Shown here piece by piece: positions 38,990 through 52,897 of a stretch of DNA of 64,000 nt. Under the pieces are notes generated by a model. The model did no database searches. It had not been told where the DNA came from and saw only the letters and a program-made list of their open reading frames with translations. Position numbers and translations under genes: made by a program. Location of the stretch: assembly GCA_951406725.2 (NCBI GenBank), contig OX597820.1, forward strand, positions 81,096,001 through 81,160,000, in the 5' to 3' direction. Each line of letters begins with the position of its first letter. Positions within the stretch are counted from its first letter, which is position 1. Source of the DNA: Octopus vulgaris (lineage: Eukaryota).

Positions 38990-40890
38990 ATCATGTACTG
39001 TATGCCTGCAGCCCATTGATGACAGACTTGTTGTCTGATGGTCCTTGTAAAGAGGCTTATAACATTCTCTTATACACCTGCATTTCAAAAACATTATGTT
39101 CTCTTCAAATTTGTTGAAAGTCTAATTAAATTTTCTTCTTGCATGATGCTCAAACTGAGTGCTGTTAATTCATAATTTGTTTGCATGGTAGAATTCTGCA
39201 AGTTTCCATCCTCTGTAACCTTACACCCCTGCACAATGGCTTCCCATAATTTCTTTTATTAGAGGTGTTTGTTCTACTTTGGCATTGATGTTTCCCATAA
39301 TGACTAATATGCCCTCGTTTTAGTCATTTGTTCATTATGTTCGATAGTTTTTCATAGAATAGATCAATCATTTCCTTGTCCTTATCAGAAGTCGGTGCAT
39401 ATAGCTTACTATAATGGATGGTATGTCTGTCTGTTCTCTCCTCATAGTCAAACAGTTGGACCAATGGTCATGATGTTTTGGGAATTACGAAGGAGGTAAT
39501 CAGGAAGGTTTTTAATGAAAAAAATGTGAAAAAGTATGATTATTTAGTGGATATTGAGATTTGTATTAATAAATCACCTTTGATTTTTTTTTGTTAAAAT
39601 TCTGGTGACAAGGATTAACTCTGGATTTCACCCCAATGTAGTTCATAAATTTAGATTTGCGATTCTATCCCTATATTTCCCATTGTAGATGGGCAAATTT
39701 ACTATCTTACTACAGCAGGTGTTATGTCTGTCTGTCTGTCTCTTTGTCTGTTCCTTCTTCACAGCCAGATGGCTGGACCAATGGTTACAATATTTTTCAG
39801 GATTACAAAGACAGTCGTCAGGAAGGTTTTTAGCATTAAAAAATCAGAAAGTACGATTATTTCGTGGATGTCGATTTTTGAATTGATAAACCATCTTTAC
39901 AATTTTATTAAAAATTCACCGACCACAAGTAACTCTGGATTTCCATTGTATAGTTTGTGGCCCCATTGTAGATACAAAGTGGGGTCACGAGGATGGTTAA
40001 TAGCGAAAATACAATGGATAAAGAGTGTGTCAGTATATAGTGTGTGTGATTATTTAGTGGTTATTGCTATGTGTCAATCTTGAGCAAGATTCAAAATGGC
40101 TAATTGAAGCAGCAGTTCTTTACACTTTAGTTTTATCAATCAAAATAACCCATGGTATCAGATCATCCAGACATTATTCGCATAGAACAGTGAGAGGTAA
40201 GTCTCAGTTTGATTTTTTGCAACCCTAAAGATTCCGCTGAAGACATTAACAGCAAACAAGGCACAGGGCCAGATTTTAGATCGTGTAGGTGTATTTTTAC
40301 CCACTCTGATGTTTACGTTGGTTTGAGTAGAGCAACGAACTCCAGTAATTTTAAAATTAATGTTGACCAAACGGAAAATATCGCCTACAAAGAAGATTTG
40401 TAATCATATTGATATTATTGAAAGGAATATGATTCATAATTTAAATAAGGAGGTCTGTGAACTTTGAATGTATAAACAAGTGTAAAATAGTGTAAACAAC
40501 TAAAATAAAAGTATATCTAAATAACGTTCTTTTTTTAATACTTTTTATGTAGTGGTCGAAAGAAGCTCTGCTTTCATTAGGAGTGGTCCACATAAACATT
40601 CATGATACAGAGGCTGGGAGCTTATTTCAGTTTGGGAGTGAATCACCATCACGTCACTTATTCACAAACACATCATATAGCTGCAATGGAATGCTGTATA
40701 ACCAACAATAATGTGATTTCTCTCAGACATCACTGAGTAATCCATCATTTACACATTTACACATTTCTCAATACATACTGCTGTTATGACTCCCCTCTCT
40801 CATTTTATGCCTCAATCGTAGATTTGCTAGTTTGTATAATGGATATTGGATGAGGCATTGCATTTAGTCTGGTGCCAATAACCCTTTCAT
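38990..40890 (-). mobile_element. Old LINE APE-endonuclease relic split by a Helitron
   Basis: RLNAMPHPISIIQ (40832-40870) joins IYAPTSDKDKEMIDLFYEKL (39345-39403) and IMGNINAKV. Confidence 0.8.
39404..40830 (+). mobile_element. Non-autonomous Helitron with duplicated 5' module and Pif1 helicase C-terminal remnant
   Basis: Inserted between A39403 and T40831 with no TSD; ends CTAG; (TCTG)n near the 5' end, repeated at about 39705; TANKAQGQILDRVGVFLP..YVGLSRAT..TENIAYKEDL. Confidence 0.82.
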
Positions 40891-41924
40891 TGATTGGGTT
40901 GTATCCCATAATAGATACACATACACACATAAAAACCACACATATATGTATATACATAGTCTGCCAAACCCAGTGCTTGAATCAATTATTCAGTTTAACA
41001 TTAAATTATTTTATTTCTTCCTACCGATTTCAGGTGAAAGGTAAATTCTTTAAATTGCCAGACATTTTATTATTTGATTAAATCTATCAGAATGTTCACT
41101 GAAATACTCTTGTTTCCTTCATGTCTGTTTTTCAAAATGAATAATAATTCCTAATTTTTTGTTTTACTTTAAAGCATTTTTAATTTTATTTTGGTTGCTA
41201 AAAATTTATTGTGCTTAATTCAAATTAAAATATCTTTTCTATTTTGAATTCTAAAATGTTTCTTTAGTTATCATTTTTACTCCTTATTAAATATATCAAT
41301 TGCCAACAATGCAAAGATATCATAAAATCCTGTTGCTCTTAAACTAAAAAAATTATAAAATTATGATGTATTTATTTTGAATTCTGCCTCAGTATTATTG
41401 TGAATTAAAGTGCAAACTGAGAAACTTTTGAAGCTCATTCCTAGCACCAAAACCTTCCAATGGACCTGCACATAATACCTGGAAATGGTATTCAATATCA
41501 TAAAAATGTTTGAATGTTTAAATTAATAAGGCATAGCAGAGAAATACAATTAGCTCAAATTCTTTGTGTTCTCATCATTTGGAATGAATGACAGAGTGAC
41601 AACAGTCCATTAAATTCAAGTTTATCCAAGTTAATAAGTTAGAATATTAACATTATATTGGGTAATATACTCTAACTATGATGTCATGCCTGTACTCTAA
41701 CGTTGTTTTAAGTGAATATTAAACTGTTTTGTAGTTAAACTGCATGCATGTGATTTTGAAGTGTACAAAATCTCTTATATGAAATGAAAAAAATACAATA
41801 TAGTTTATTTAATTTTTGATTTAAATGGCTTGCACAAAACAGTTTTTACAAATCAATATCTGTAACACAAATAGCTTTTAAGAAATATTTCCTTTAGTGT
41901 TTATATTCCATTAAATGAACAATT

Positions 41925-42700
41925 CTATTTTGTAGGTTTGAATCCAATATCCATTATATAAGTACATGCACCAACTTCTGATGAGGATGAGGAGATGATT
42001 GATTCATTCTTTGAAACACTACAGAACACAATGAACAAATGACTAAAATGAGGACAGAGTGGTCGTTGTGGGAAATATCGATGCCAAAGTAGGCGACTTG
42101 GATAACACGCACTTTGTTCAGTCTTAATCATCCATCATAATCAAGCTCTGCCCAGCTGTAGTTAATGATATTTACCCTGTTTTCATCAAATGTTAAGACC
42201 ACCCACCTACCCACCCACCCCAAAAATACAGCAATGAGTTCACAAAAGTACTTAAGTGGATACCAAACCCATGGATAAGCGATCTGATGAAATTTCTGAA
42301 TAACAAAAGGCAATCAGACTATTTTTTTACAATGTGAAGATTATCAATATCTAAGCTGAAACAAGCCAACTAAGCATCAGTAAAGCAAAACATGAGGGCT
42401 AGGGCAAAAAATGAGGGGAGCACTTTCTTGCAATTTTTGATCCACTGTTGACACTTTTGATAGAAATGATGATCACAGTAATCAACATTAAAATAGAAGA
42501 AAACAGAGCAGGAATAGGAACCAAGAAACAAATTCAGTTTAATGAATATAGTGATTTCGCATTCTGGTCCATAATGCTATTTATTTTCAAAATAAAGAAA
42601 AACAGATGGTGCATATACCAAACCTAGTAGGGTTTATAATGAGCGAAATAGAAATTTCTCAAATAAATATTGAAAAAATATTGTGAAGTATACTGAAAAC
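41925..42700 (+). mobile_element. Old LINE relic (APE domain, possible downstream remnants)
   Basis: PISII*VHAPTSDEDEEMIDSFFETLQ..VVVGNIDAKVG; same family as 38990-40890 in the opposite orientation; 3' extent uncertain. Confidence 0.7.
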
Positions 42701-45174
42701 ACATTGAAAGCAGCTAGGCCCTTATGAGATCTTGGTCAGATAACTCAAAGAGAATAATGTTTTGTTTCCGAACTGTTTTCTAAATGACAAACATCACTTA
42801 CAACAGATGGGTTTTCTAGCTGTATGATTGCACCACCAAAAACCTAACATGCTATAAACAACAGGTAAACAACATTATTTCTGATGAAACTTCCCCATTT
42901 TCCAAAAAGCTAAAAGAGAAAGATTGGGAGATTTTAATTTTTGGGAAGTGTGAGGTGATGAGCAAAATTCTTAAAAATTAATACTCGCTGCTTTTTCTTC
43001 ATGTATTACCAAGAATAAAAATTTGAAAAGTGTAAAAGATGAATTTGGAGTGGAGAGGGGGAAAAATTAAAATATTGTCAATGTATTTAGTGGGTGAAAT
43101 TGCAATCTCCTGTATTGCAAACATAGGAATTATTGGAAGAAATTGAGGAAAAAAAAGTAAGGGTGGGGATGGAAATATTACCTCAGACATGCTAGAAAGA
43201 AGAGATAAAGAACAGGATTTCTGGGAAAACCTCCTTTTAAGTTTATAGTGAAGATCAGGTTTTTAAATATGCTCATCATAAATACAAATTACACAGTAGA
43301 AAAAGATCATTTCAATTGGATTTGAGTTATAAATTTGCATGTGCACACTGCAAGAAATAACATAATTTGCACAGAAGTTTTACCTAGAGTGTGTGTATGT
43401 GTGTCAAAGGAAGTTATTTTATGGCATTCTTTTGCTTGAAGAAGCAAAGTTTTCAACTCAACATATATGAGACCATTTGATTGTTCATTAATTTCCATAA
43501 AATAGTTTTAATTTCTGTATGCTTTGAAGAGAGCAGAAATTGAAAGAGAGGATAAAGTGAAAAGGCAACATTTGCTTTGAAGTGAGAGGAGAAAGTAAAA
43601 GAGGGGAGAAAGTGTAAGATGTATGTGTATATGAAATAGATGTGTGTGTGAGAGAGAGCGAGAGAGAGAGAGAGAAAGAGAGAGTGAGTGAGTGAAGGTG
43701 TGTGTTGTGATGTAAATTAATTTGACATTACTACATATTTTTTAACTGTATAACATTATAGGCTGTAGGGTAATTACTGACTAACGCAGTAAAAAGGTTG
43801 TGTGATGTTGATACTCAGTGATGAAGAATACAAGAACTGTTAAAAAACATTATCTTGAAACTGGTTAGAAGGAGTGGAATAACATTTCTATAATTATAGT
43901 GAAAGAGCCGATTAGGCTTTCTACTTTGCCAAGTTTCTAAATTTGTTATAATAACCAGAATAACATTTTATTTTCTGATATATTTGCGAATATTGTGAGT
44001 GGTGTTAAATCAGCCAAATCTTCATGTTGGTAGTACTTTTAATTGAATGCTGTTCGTTTAATGTCCAGGCTGCAACTAAACTTTGAATATCAGTGTTTCA
44101 CTGTTGGGGTGGGGTGGGGAGAGAAACTTACATACATAAACTAAGACACACACACACACATACATTAATGCACATCTGAAGCCTATCTCTGTCCCTGTGT
44201 GTGTCGGTCATCACAAAAATGTATGCATACTGACAGAAACATACACCGTCACACACATATACTTGTCAGTCATCGGCCTAACATAGGTAACAAATGTGTG
44301 AACACACTCATATAGAAAATGTGATGTCATTGTTGTTATGGTTGTGATATAAAATGTTTACGATAGGTGACTAAAAGAAAACTGACAATGTTAAATTTTT
44401 GTAATGCAAATAAGTGAATGAAAATATAGTTTATTTGTTAGGCAAAAGCCTACTGAATCTTTTGATACCCCATACGTCAAAATCAGCAACTCAGTTTTGG
44501 AATGAATAAGGAACATATGCACACACACACACTCTCTCTCTCTCTTTTATATATATAAGATAATAAAATGAAATAGCGCGGTAATTAATAAATCATTATC
44601 TATTAATTAAAAATTTGATAAACATCTCTTACAGCTGTTTCAATTCCAGACCTTCAGAAAAATCAATTAATAAAATTTAAAATGATTTAAAGTCGAATTG
44701 CTTCAAAATTAGTTTAAGATATGCAAAATAGGTGTTCAATTCCTGCATGTTGAGTAAATGGCTGCAAACCATTAACTGTTAAAATTTATACCTAAAGAAC
44801 ATAGTATAAACTATGGTATAGACCTTAGAAGGGGGAGTAAGGCTGTGTATACGAGTGTTGTAAAGTAAGAATATAACAATATATTCATCTAGAATGTTTA
44901 GTATAAGAAAAACTCAAGTAGATATAATTAGTAAAAATGTCATGTTGTGATATTATGTCCATCCATATTAAATCAATAGAAAATTAGTATGTAGAGTTTA
45001 ATTCAAGTGTGTATATTTATTATTAATATTTAGTATTTAATTAAGGTGGAAGACAATGCAGGCAATCTATAAATATCAAAAGTAATCATCCAGCCTCAAT
45101 TAAAATTGCATTAATTAAAAATATTAGCAGAAGAATTTCTTACATATTTTCTAATGAAGAAATATTTAATAAGT

Positions 45175-45556
45175 GGAAGCACTCTGTCGGTTACGACGAC
45201 GAGAGTTCCAGTTGATCCGATCAACGGAACAGCCTGCTCGTGAAATTAACGTGTAAGGGGCTGAGCACTCCACAGACACATGTACCCTTAACGTAGTTCT
45301 CGGGGATATTCAGCGTGACACAGAAAGTGACAAGGCCGGCCCTTTGAAATACAGGTACAACAGAAACAGGAAGTAAGAGTGAGAGAAAGTTGTGGTGAAA
45401 GAGTACAGCAGGGATCACCACCATCCCTGCCGGAGCCTTGTGGAACTTTAGGTGTTTTCGCTCAATAAACACTCACAACGTCCGGTCTGGGAATCGTAAC
45501 CGCGATCCTACGACCGCGAGTTCGCTGCCCTAACCACTGGGCCATTGCGCCTCCAC
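45175..45556 (-). mobile_element. Young tRNA-derived SINE family C
   Basis: Head GGAGGCGCAATGGCCCAGTGGTTAGGGCAGCGAACTCGCGGTCGTAGGATCGCGGTTACGATTCCC; CpG-rich; 11-bp TSD ATTTAATAAGT (45164-74 and 45557-67). Confidence 0.9.
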
Positions 45557-46977
45557 ATTTAATAAGTATTAAGACCAATATGATGTAGCCTTAGCAAATG
45601 CTGGTTATAATGGTAGAATAAAATATATTCCACATACAGATAATATTGATTATTAATAATAGTAGCACCTGTGGTAATAGTAATAATTATAGTAATAATA
45701 ATGACACAAACAGAAATATCCCTAGCATAAAAACAATGTATATAATGGCATTAACACTAATACCAAACTTATAGGAATAAATGCTAAATATAAGAACATT
45801 TTATATAAAAATATAAAGAGTGATAGAAATAAGACTACAAATAAAAATGAAATACTCAATAAAAATAATTATAATATGAATTACAATAGTAATAGCAAGG
45901 GTAAAAGCTTAAATAGAACTAACACTAAGCTGGATTGAAATTTGAAAGTTAAGAATATGAAGGAAATCACACCTAGTAATAAAAATAAATATTTACCTAA
46001 TAAATATACAGCTTTTAATAGAAATGATGAATTATCTAACAATAATATACAGTTGATTTTGCCTTTGGCAATGCTAATTAAAAGTAACTTGATAAAATTC
46101 TTTCAATTATTAACAAGCATTAATAATTTAATAATAGCAATAGATATCATGAAATTATCAATAATAAAACTATTAATATTGGATATAGTTTAACCCATAA
46201 CCTTGCAACTATTATATCTTCTATAAATGATAGGAAATTAGACATATTCTACTTGAACAGAAGTAATTCTAACAGGAATAATAATAATAGTAATATTTTA
46301 ACCCCCCGTAATTAACCTTAATAACAATAATAACACACTTCTGCTGAACAGCACCAGTACTAACTATAAGGTCCATTCACCTAACATTCCTAATATTTAT
46401 AATATATATAATGGTTGTGATTGTAAGATTAAAAGTAATTGCTTATTTAAGAATGCATGTATTTGTAAAAGCGTAATATATCAATGTACTGTAACAGCAC
46501 AGAGAATGAAAAATTCTTATATAGGTTCGACACAAAATGAGGTTAAAAAACATATTGCCACTCATCTCCATACTTGTGGAAATAAACATAAATCTAATTT
46601 TACAGGACTAAGTAAATTTATTAGGGAGTTAAACGATAGGAATATACATTACAATTTGAAATGGGAAATACTTGCTCCAGCACCTTCCTATGTCATTTAT
46701 GCTTAAATGAAAAGTTTTTTATTCTCTCTGCAAAATAAACTATTCTTAACCTCAGAGATGAATGTAATGACTCTTGCATACACAAAACTAAATTTGTATT
46801 TTCAAAATCTGGATCAAATATTATTTAGTTATTTTTATTCCTAATACTATCACACATGTTTAAATTATATAATAGCTTACTTACCCCTTTCCCTTAATGC
46901 TTTATAGTATGTAAATCCCTCTTAAAGGTACTCATTTTATGTTTAATTTTTACCATGTATATATATATATTTAAATA

Positions 46978-47287
46978 CGGCACATAAAAAGCACCATCCA
47001 AATGTGGTCGATGCCAGCGCCGCCTTGGCTGGCTTCCGTGCCGGTGGCATGTTAAAAGCACCAACCGATCATGGCCGATGCCAGACCCCCCTGGCACCTG
47101 TGCAGGTGGCACGTAAAAAGCACCCACTACACTCGCTGAGTGGTTGGCGTTAGGAAGGGCATCCAGCTGTAGAAACACTGCCAGATCAGACTGGAGCCTG
47201 GTGCAGCCCTGGCTTCCCAGACTCCGGTCGAACCGTCCAACCCGTGCTAGCGTGGAAAACGGATGTTAAACGATGATGATGATGATA
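46978..47287 (+). mobile_element. RTE 3'-end copy
   Basis: Same 3' module and (GAT)n tail. Confidence 0.88.
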
Positions 47288-47826
47288 TATATATATATAC
47301 TTATCTATATCTGCATTTATATTTTTAACCTTTTTAGAGATGAAGGTAATGGCTCTCTTACATACATGACCAAATTTGTAATTTTAGTTTTGATACATGG
47401 ATACAGTATTTTTTAGTTATTCTTATTCCTTATACTTACATGCATATCTAAATTGTTTAACAGCTTATCAGCCCCTATCTCTCACACTATACTCTCTTTA
47501 ACCCTTTTATGGTTCCCCCATTATATATATTCCTTACCATATATATACATTTATGTGTATCAGTATTTTTATATTCTTACCCACTCTTATATCGCTTGGC
47601 TTATTAATTTAATAAGTATATGATTATAAACTCCATATTTATTGTGTAAACATACTATGTTTACAGTATAACTTGCACCTATCTCATAATACTCTAAATT
47701 TATTGTTCCCCTATTATATTTATTAATTACCATGTTTTATTCATTTCTATATTTTTACAACTAATCCTTTCATTATTTTTTAATTAATTGGCTTTACCTT
47801 TTAAGCTATATTTGGTCCTATCTCCA

Positions 47827-47865
<39 letters not shown>

Positions 47866-47969
47866 CAATTAGCTTTTTTGTACCTACCTCCTAATTTAAC
47901 CATTATTCCCTCTATCTTCCAGCCTTTACTTAATTGAATATTTTACTTACTTTTTTTCTTTCTATTCTT

Positions 47970-48830
47970 AGTAGAATGCTTTAATATTTTTAGTTATAAA
48001 TCCACTTATTATTTTGTACAGTATTTTTTACTTCATACCTTGCACACCTCTCAAAGACGATAATCTTCACATTTTCTATCTAGCCAAATTTACTTATTTG
48101 TTTTGCTTTATAGTAACTTATATATTACCTTTCCTTATAGTAACTTATATATTACCTTTCCGTTTTTTTCTATTAGTTTTCATATTTGGTCCTATCTTCA
48201 CCTATATATACATACAATAATTACAGTGTACTTTTACCTATCTCCTAGGAAATATAATAATTCCTTTTATAATTCTTTTGTATCCCCCCCTCTCTCTCTT
48301 TCAATGTATTGCTATCTCATGTACAATAAATTTGTTACAATTTTTTTTATCTCCTTGCATGAATATTTACATTTACCAGGTCTCATTTAGTGTATATCCT
48401 TAATTTAGATTGTTCCAAGTTTTTCATTAGTTCTTCACTTCTAAATTAGATTAATTGTACTATATGAACCAAATCAGTAGCTATTTTCTAACTCACTGTA
48501 AATAATACATATTTATTTCAACCTGGTTTTGCTTTGGTATGTCCCTAATTTAGATTATTCCCAGCTATTCTTCAGCACTTCATCTCCAAATTAATACCTA
48601 TTTCCAGTTTTGAGGGCTTTATATTTAACTATTTAAGTAATTTTATAAATAAGTTTTAATTTAACTTGTTGAATTCTAAGTAGAATGCTTTAATATTTTT
48701 AGTTATAAATCCACTTATTATTTTATATAGCATGTTTTACCTTGCACACCTCTCTAAGACTATAATCTTCACATTTTCTATCTAGCCCAATTTACTTATT
48801 TGTTTTGCTTTATAGTAACTTATATATTAC
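47970..48830. repeat. About 155-bp direct repeat (47970-48128 and 48679-48830)
   Basis: AGTAGAATGCTTTAATATTTTTAGTTATAAATCCACTT..GTAACTTATATATTAC present twice. Confidence 0.9.
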
Positions 48831-49042
48831 TATAAAGCTCTTATTTAAGCTCTTATTATTACTTTTATTAGCATATATTTATTCCCTATAATTCTTATTT
48901 GTTTATTTAATTATGTTAAATACAATATCTCCTTACCTGAGCTTCTTAACATATTTACATCTGGTACCTCACCAAGGGAACGCTCTGCATATATGAAATT
49001 TAAACATTTTTGCCCAATAGTTCTTTATCTTTATTAGCCTAT

Positions 49043-49300
49043 ATCATCATCATCATCATCATCGTTTAACGTCCGTTTTCCGTGCTAGCATGGATTGGAC
49101 GGTTCGACCAGGGTCTGGGAAGCCAGGGGCTGCACCAGGCTCCAGTCTGATCTGGCAGAGTTTCTACAGCTGGATGCCCTTCCTAACACCAACCACTCTG
49201 CGAGTGTAGTGGGTGCTTTTTATGTGCCACCTGCACAGGTGCCAGGGGGGTCCGGCATCGGCCACGATCGATTGGAGCTTTTTACGTGCCACCGGCACAT
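49043..49300 (-). mobile_element. RTE 3'-end copy, inverted relative to 46978-47287
   Basis: Reverse complement closely matches about 47040-47287. Confidence 0.88.
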
Positions 49301-49646
49301 CAATAATAAATATTTCCAAGTGGTGAAGGTAATATTTTGTAAGTCTTTATTCATTTATTAATTTTCTCTCTCTCTATTGTTATTCTTTCCTATATTTTGT
49401 TTTATTTATTTTACATTATTCTTGTTTTTATTTTATAATTTTTATGTACCCTAGCATTAAGTTAATATTCTTATTAGTCTTTTAGCCCTTTCAATATTTA
49501 TAACAGAAATAGAGTGCCTGCATTGTCTTCCACCTTAATTAAATATTGATAATAAATAACCACAATTGAATTGAACTCTACATACTAATATGCTATTGAT
49601 TTAATATGGATGGACATAATATCACAATATGACATTTTTACAAATC

Positions 49647-50022
<376 letters not shown>

Positions 50023-50039
50023 GTCTGAGTTTAAATGTG

Positions 50040-51950
50040 AAATATAATAAGAAAAACTCAAATACATATCTTCCTTTTTTGCTAGTACCAAGATTAGTTT
50101 TTAAAATGGCAATTAGAGAAAGAAGATATCTGAACTAGAAATAGAATTTACGAATATAGAGGGTGATCTTTATAGGGAAGACCTACTACTTATAACCAGA
50201 AACTGTACCAATAGGTCATTAGAATGCCTGAAGAAGAAAATGTACAAGTTTTTTGAGAATTATGGCCTAGGTATTTCTACTGAGAATGAACATTGTGCAG
50301 TAAATTATCTAGACATCAACCTTAATCTAGTCACTAATAAAATCCATCCATTCCATAAGTTGAATGAAAACCTAAAGTATATTAGTTCTTTAAGTAACCA
50401 TCCTAGATCAGTTAAAGAAGCTTTAATAGATAATAGAAGCAAAAGAATATCTAAGCTATCCTCAGATTATGACACTTTTAATAAATATGCCCCATATTAT
50501 AATAAAGCATTAACTCTGATACAAGCGGGATATAACTCTGATATAAAGTTCTATAATTATTACGAATTCATTAAGAATAATAATATAACAAGTAATCCTA
50601 ATAAAACTAATAATTCTAACAGTAAAAATATGTATAATAATAAAAGACAATATAACAAACTAAATAAAGATTAAAACAACATATTAATAATTACAACAAT
50701 AATATTAATATTGATAATGAGAATATGAGCAATAGTAAGAAACAAAGGAAAGTATACTACCTAAGAACAACAATTTAATACCAATAATGTCTAATAATGA
50801 TAATAGTGATAATATAAAAAATAAAAAGGATATATAGGTGCAGGAGTGGCTGTGTGGTAAGTAGCTTGTTTACCAGCCACATAGTTCCGGGTTCAGTCCC
50901 ACCGCGTGGCACCGTGGGCAAGTGTCTTCTACTATAGCCTCAGGCTGACCAAAGCCTTGTGAGTGGATTTGGTAGACGGAAACTGAAAGAAGCCTGTCGT
51001 ATATATGTATATATATATATATACATGCGTGTGTGTGTTCGTGTGTCTGTGTTTGTCCCCCTAGCGTTGCTTGAGAACCGATGCTGGTGTGTTTATGTCC
51101 CCGTTACTTAGCGGTTTGGCAAAAGAGACCGATAGAATAAGTACTGGGCTTACAAAAGAATAAGTCCTGGGGTCGAGTTGCTCGATTAAAGGCAGTGCTC
51201 CAGCATGGCCGCAGTCAAATGGCTGAAACAAGTAAAAGAGTAAAAGAGTAAAAAGAGTATATGGTTAATTATTCCGTATGGGGCTCAAGTGATGACTAAT
51301 ATTATTAAGGAGACACTTAAAATTGTAAAAATGGTTTTTAAAAAGGACAACATCCATAAGAGTGGGATACTCAACACCGAGAAATGTAGGTAATATCATT
51401 TCCTCTATAAATAATCAGAAATTAAATAATTATTATAATAGCATAATAAAAAATAGCTCTAGCAATAATATAACCGATAGTGATAGAAGTCTTAATCAGC
51501 GTATAGAAAAATGTTCATGTTGTGATAAGATTAAATGCAAGTCCTCTAATAGTTGTAATATTAATAATGTAATTTATAAATATATAGTAAGCTCCAAGAA
51601 CGATAATAATAAAATTATAAATAAGGCTTATATATTGGATCAACAACTAATGAAATTAAAGAAAGAATATCCCAACACTACCAGACCTTCAAAAATCCTA
51701 ATTTAAGTGAGTCCACAGACTTATGTATATATATATTGGAATTAAAATCTAGAAAAAGAGAGTACACCCTTAATTGAAGTATAATAGGTAGAGCAAACTC
51801 CTATAATATTGGGAATAAAATGTGTTTATTATGCATAACAGAATTTAAGAAACTACTACAGTCTAGAGATGAATGATTAAACACATAAGATGAACATGTA
51901 GTTAAATGTAGGCACCAAAGTAATTTTACCTTCAATAAAATGAAATACTG
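50040..51950 (+). mobile_element. Penelope-like element B (RT core to GIY-YIG), degraded
   Basis: GDLYREDLL (cf. GLYRDD), VNYLDINLNL, SNHPRSV, RISKLSSD..YAPYYNKAL..AGY, VGYSTPRNVGNIISSINN, CSCCDKIKC, YIGSTT, MCLLCITE, KCRH. Confidence 0.85.
50836..51257 (+). mobile_element. SINE family A, full length, inserted in a PLE
   Basis: Full match to family A; TATAT duplicated at 50831-35 and 51258-62; removing it restores the PLE frame KKDIWLIIPYG. Confidence 0.92.
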
Positions 51951-52199
51951 AACCCGCACCCCTGAATCAAATATCCACATAATTTTATTTCTACAGCACT
52001 TGAATAGACTATATAAATAAATAAATAAATAAATAAAATAAATAAATGAATTAAATATCACGAAAAATATATAACAAATTATATATATATCCCAACATAG
52101 GTAAATTGAAGATAACAATAAATTTAAACTATGCATAGTGTAATTACCCTGCTTGATAATAATTACCAATAAATTCCCATAGTTCCTTGCTATCTTCTT

Positions 52200-52790
52200 C
52201 CTCTAATCACCATTTTAAAAACTAATCCTGGTTTCACAAACAACTGAAATCACTAAAAAAGATCTTCACAAAGGCAAAATTATTTTCTAAAATAATGGAC
52301 GTAAAAGTGAAAAAATGTGGTCAACTAAATTGTGAAACATGCCCAAACCTTCTAGAAGGATCAGAATACCTTTTCAAAGAGGGACAAAAATTCAAAATCA
52401 AATCTGATTTTACTTGTGCTTCAGAAAACCTGATTTATGTTATAAGATGCTTGGGCTGCCACCAAAACTACACCAGGTCCATGGGATTATCTGTCTAGCG
52501 GCTTTTCTTTCTACAAAATGGTAAGTTACATTGCAGAACAGTCATTTTTAACGAGTTGTATTTATTTATCATCCTACGAGATACAACTGCACCACTGGAT
52601 GCTCCTGAACCAGATGTTGAGTGTCTCACCCATGAGGAATCGATGCTAGATGTGCCGAAACAATTGTTGTGATTAATAATAAATTTGCGTATATTCCATC
52701 TCCTGTCTTTCATTTGCCATATACCTTATGATCATTGTGAAAGTGAATGTGCTTTACCAGTAAGCTACCAGGTGTAAACCATTTGTTTTA
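52200..52790 (+). mobile_element. PLE fragment (zinc knuckle and GIY-YIG N-half) followed by a pLTR-like segment
   Basis: VKKCGQLNCETCPNL..FKIKSDFTCASENLIYVIRCLGCHQNY; hammerhead-like relic at 52626-52672. Confidence 0.8.
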
Positions 52791-52792
52791 TC

Positions 52793-52833
<41 letters not shown>

Positions 52834-52897
52834 TATGTATATATATATGTATGTGTATATATATGTAAATACATGTGTATATGTGTGTGTGAGTATA

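Larger units (their letters stand above)
44575..49640 (+). mobile_element. Penelope-like element A: inverted 5' pLTR segment, RT thumb, GIY-YIG, long AT-rich 3' region
   Basis: SNHPAS..ISRRISY..NEEIFN..ALANAGY; CDCKIKSNCLFKNAC..VIYQCTV..YIGSTQ..FTGLSKFIRELN..LKWEIL; 44931-45070 is the reverse complement of 49508-49640. Confidence 0.8.

Noticed and set aside
45490-45556. tRNA gene
   Set aside because: The tRNA-like head continues into a SINE body bounded by a TSD, and there is no complete acceptor stem
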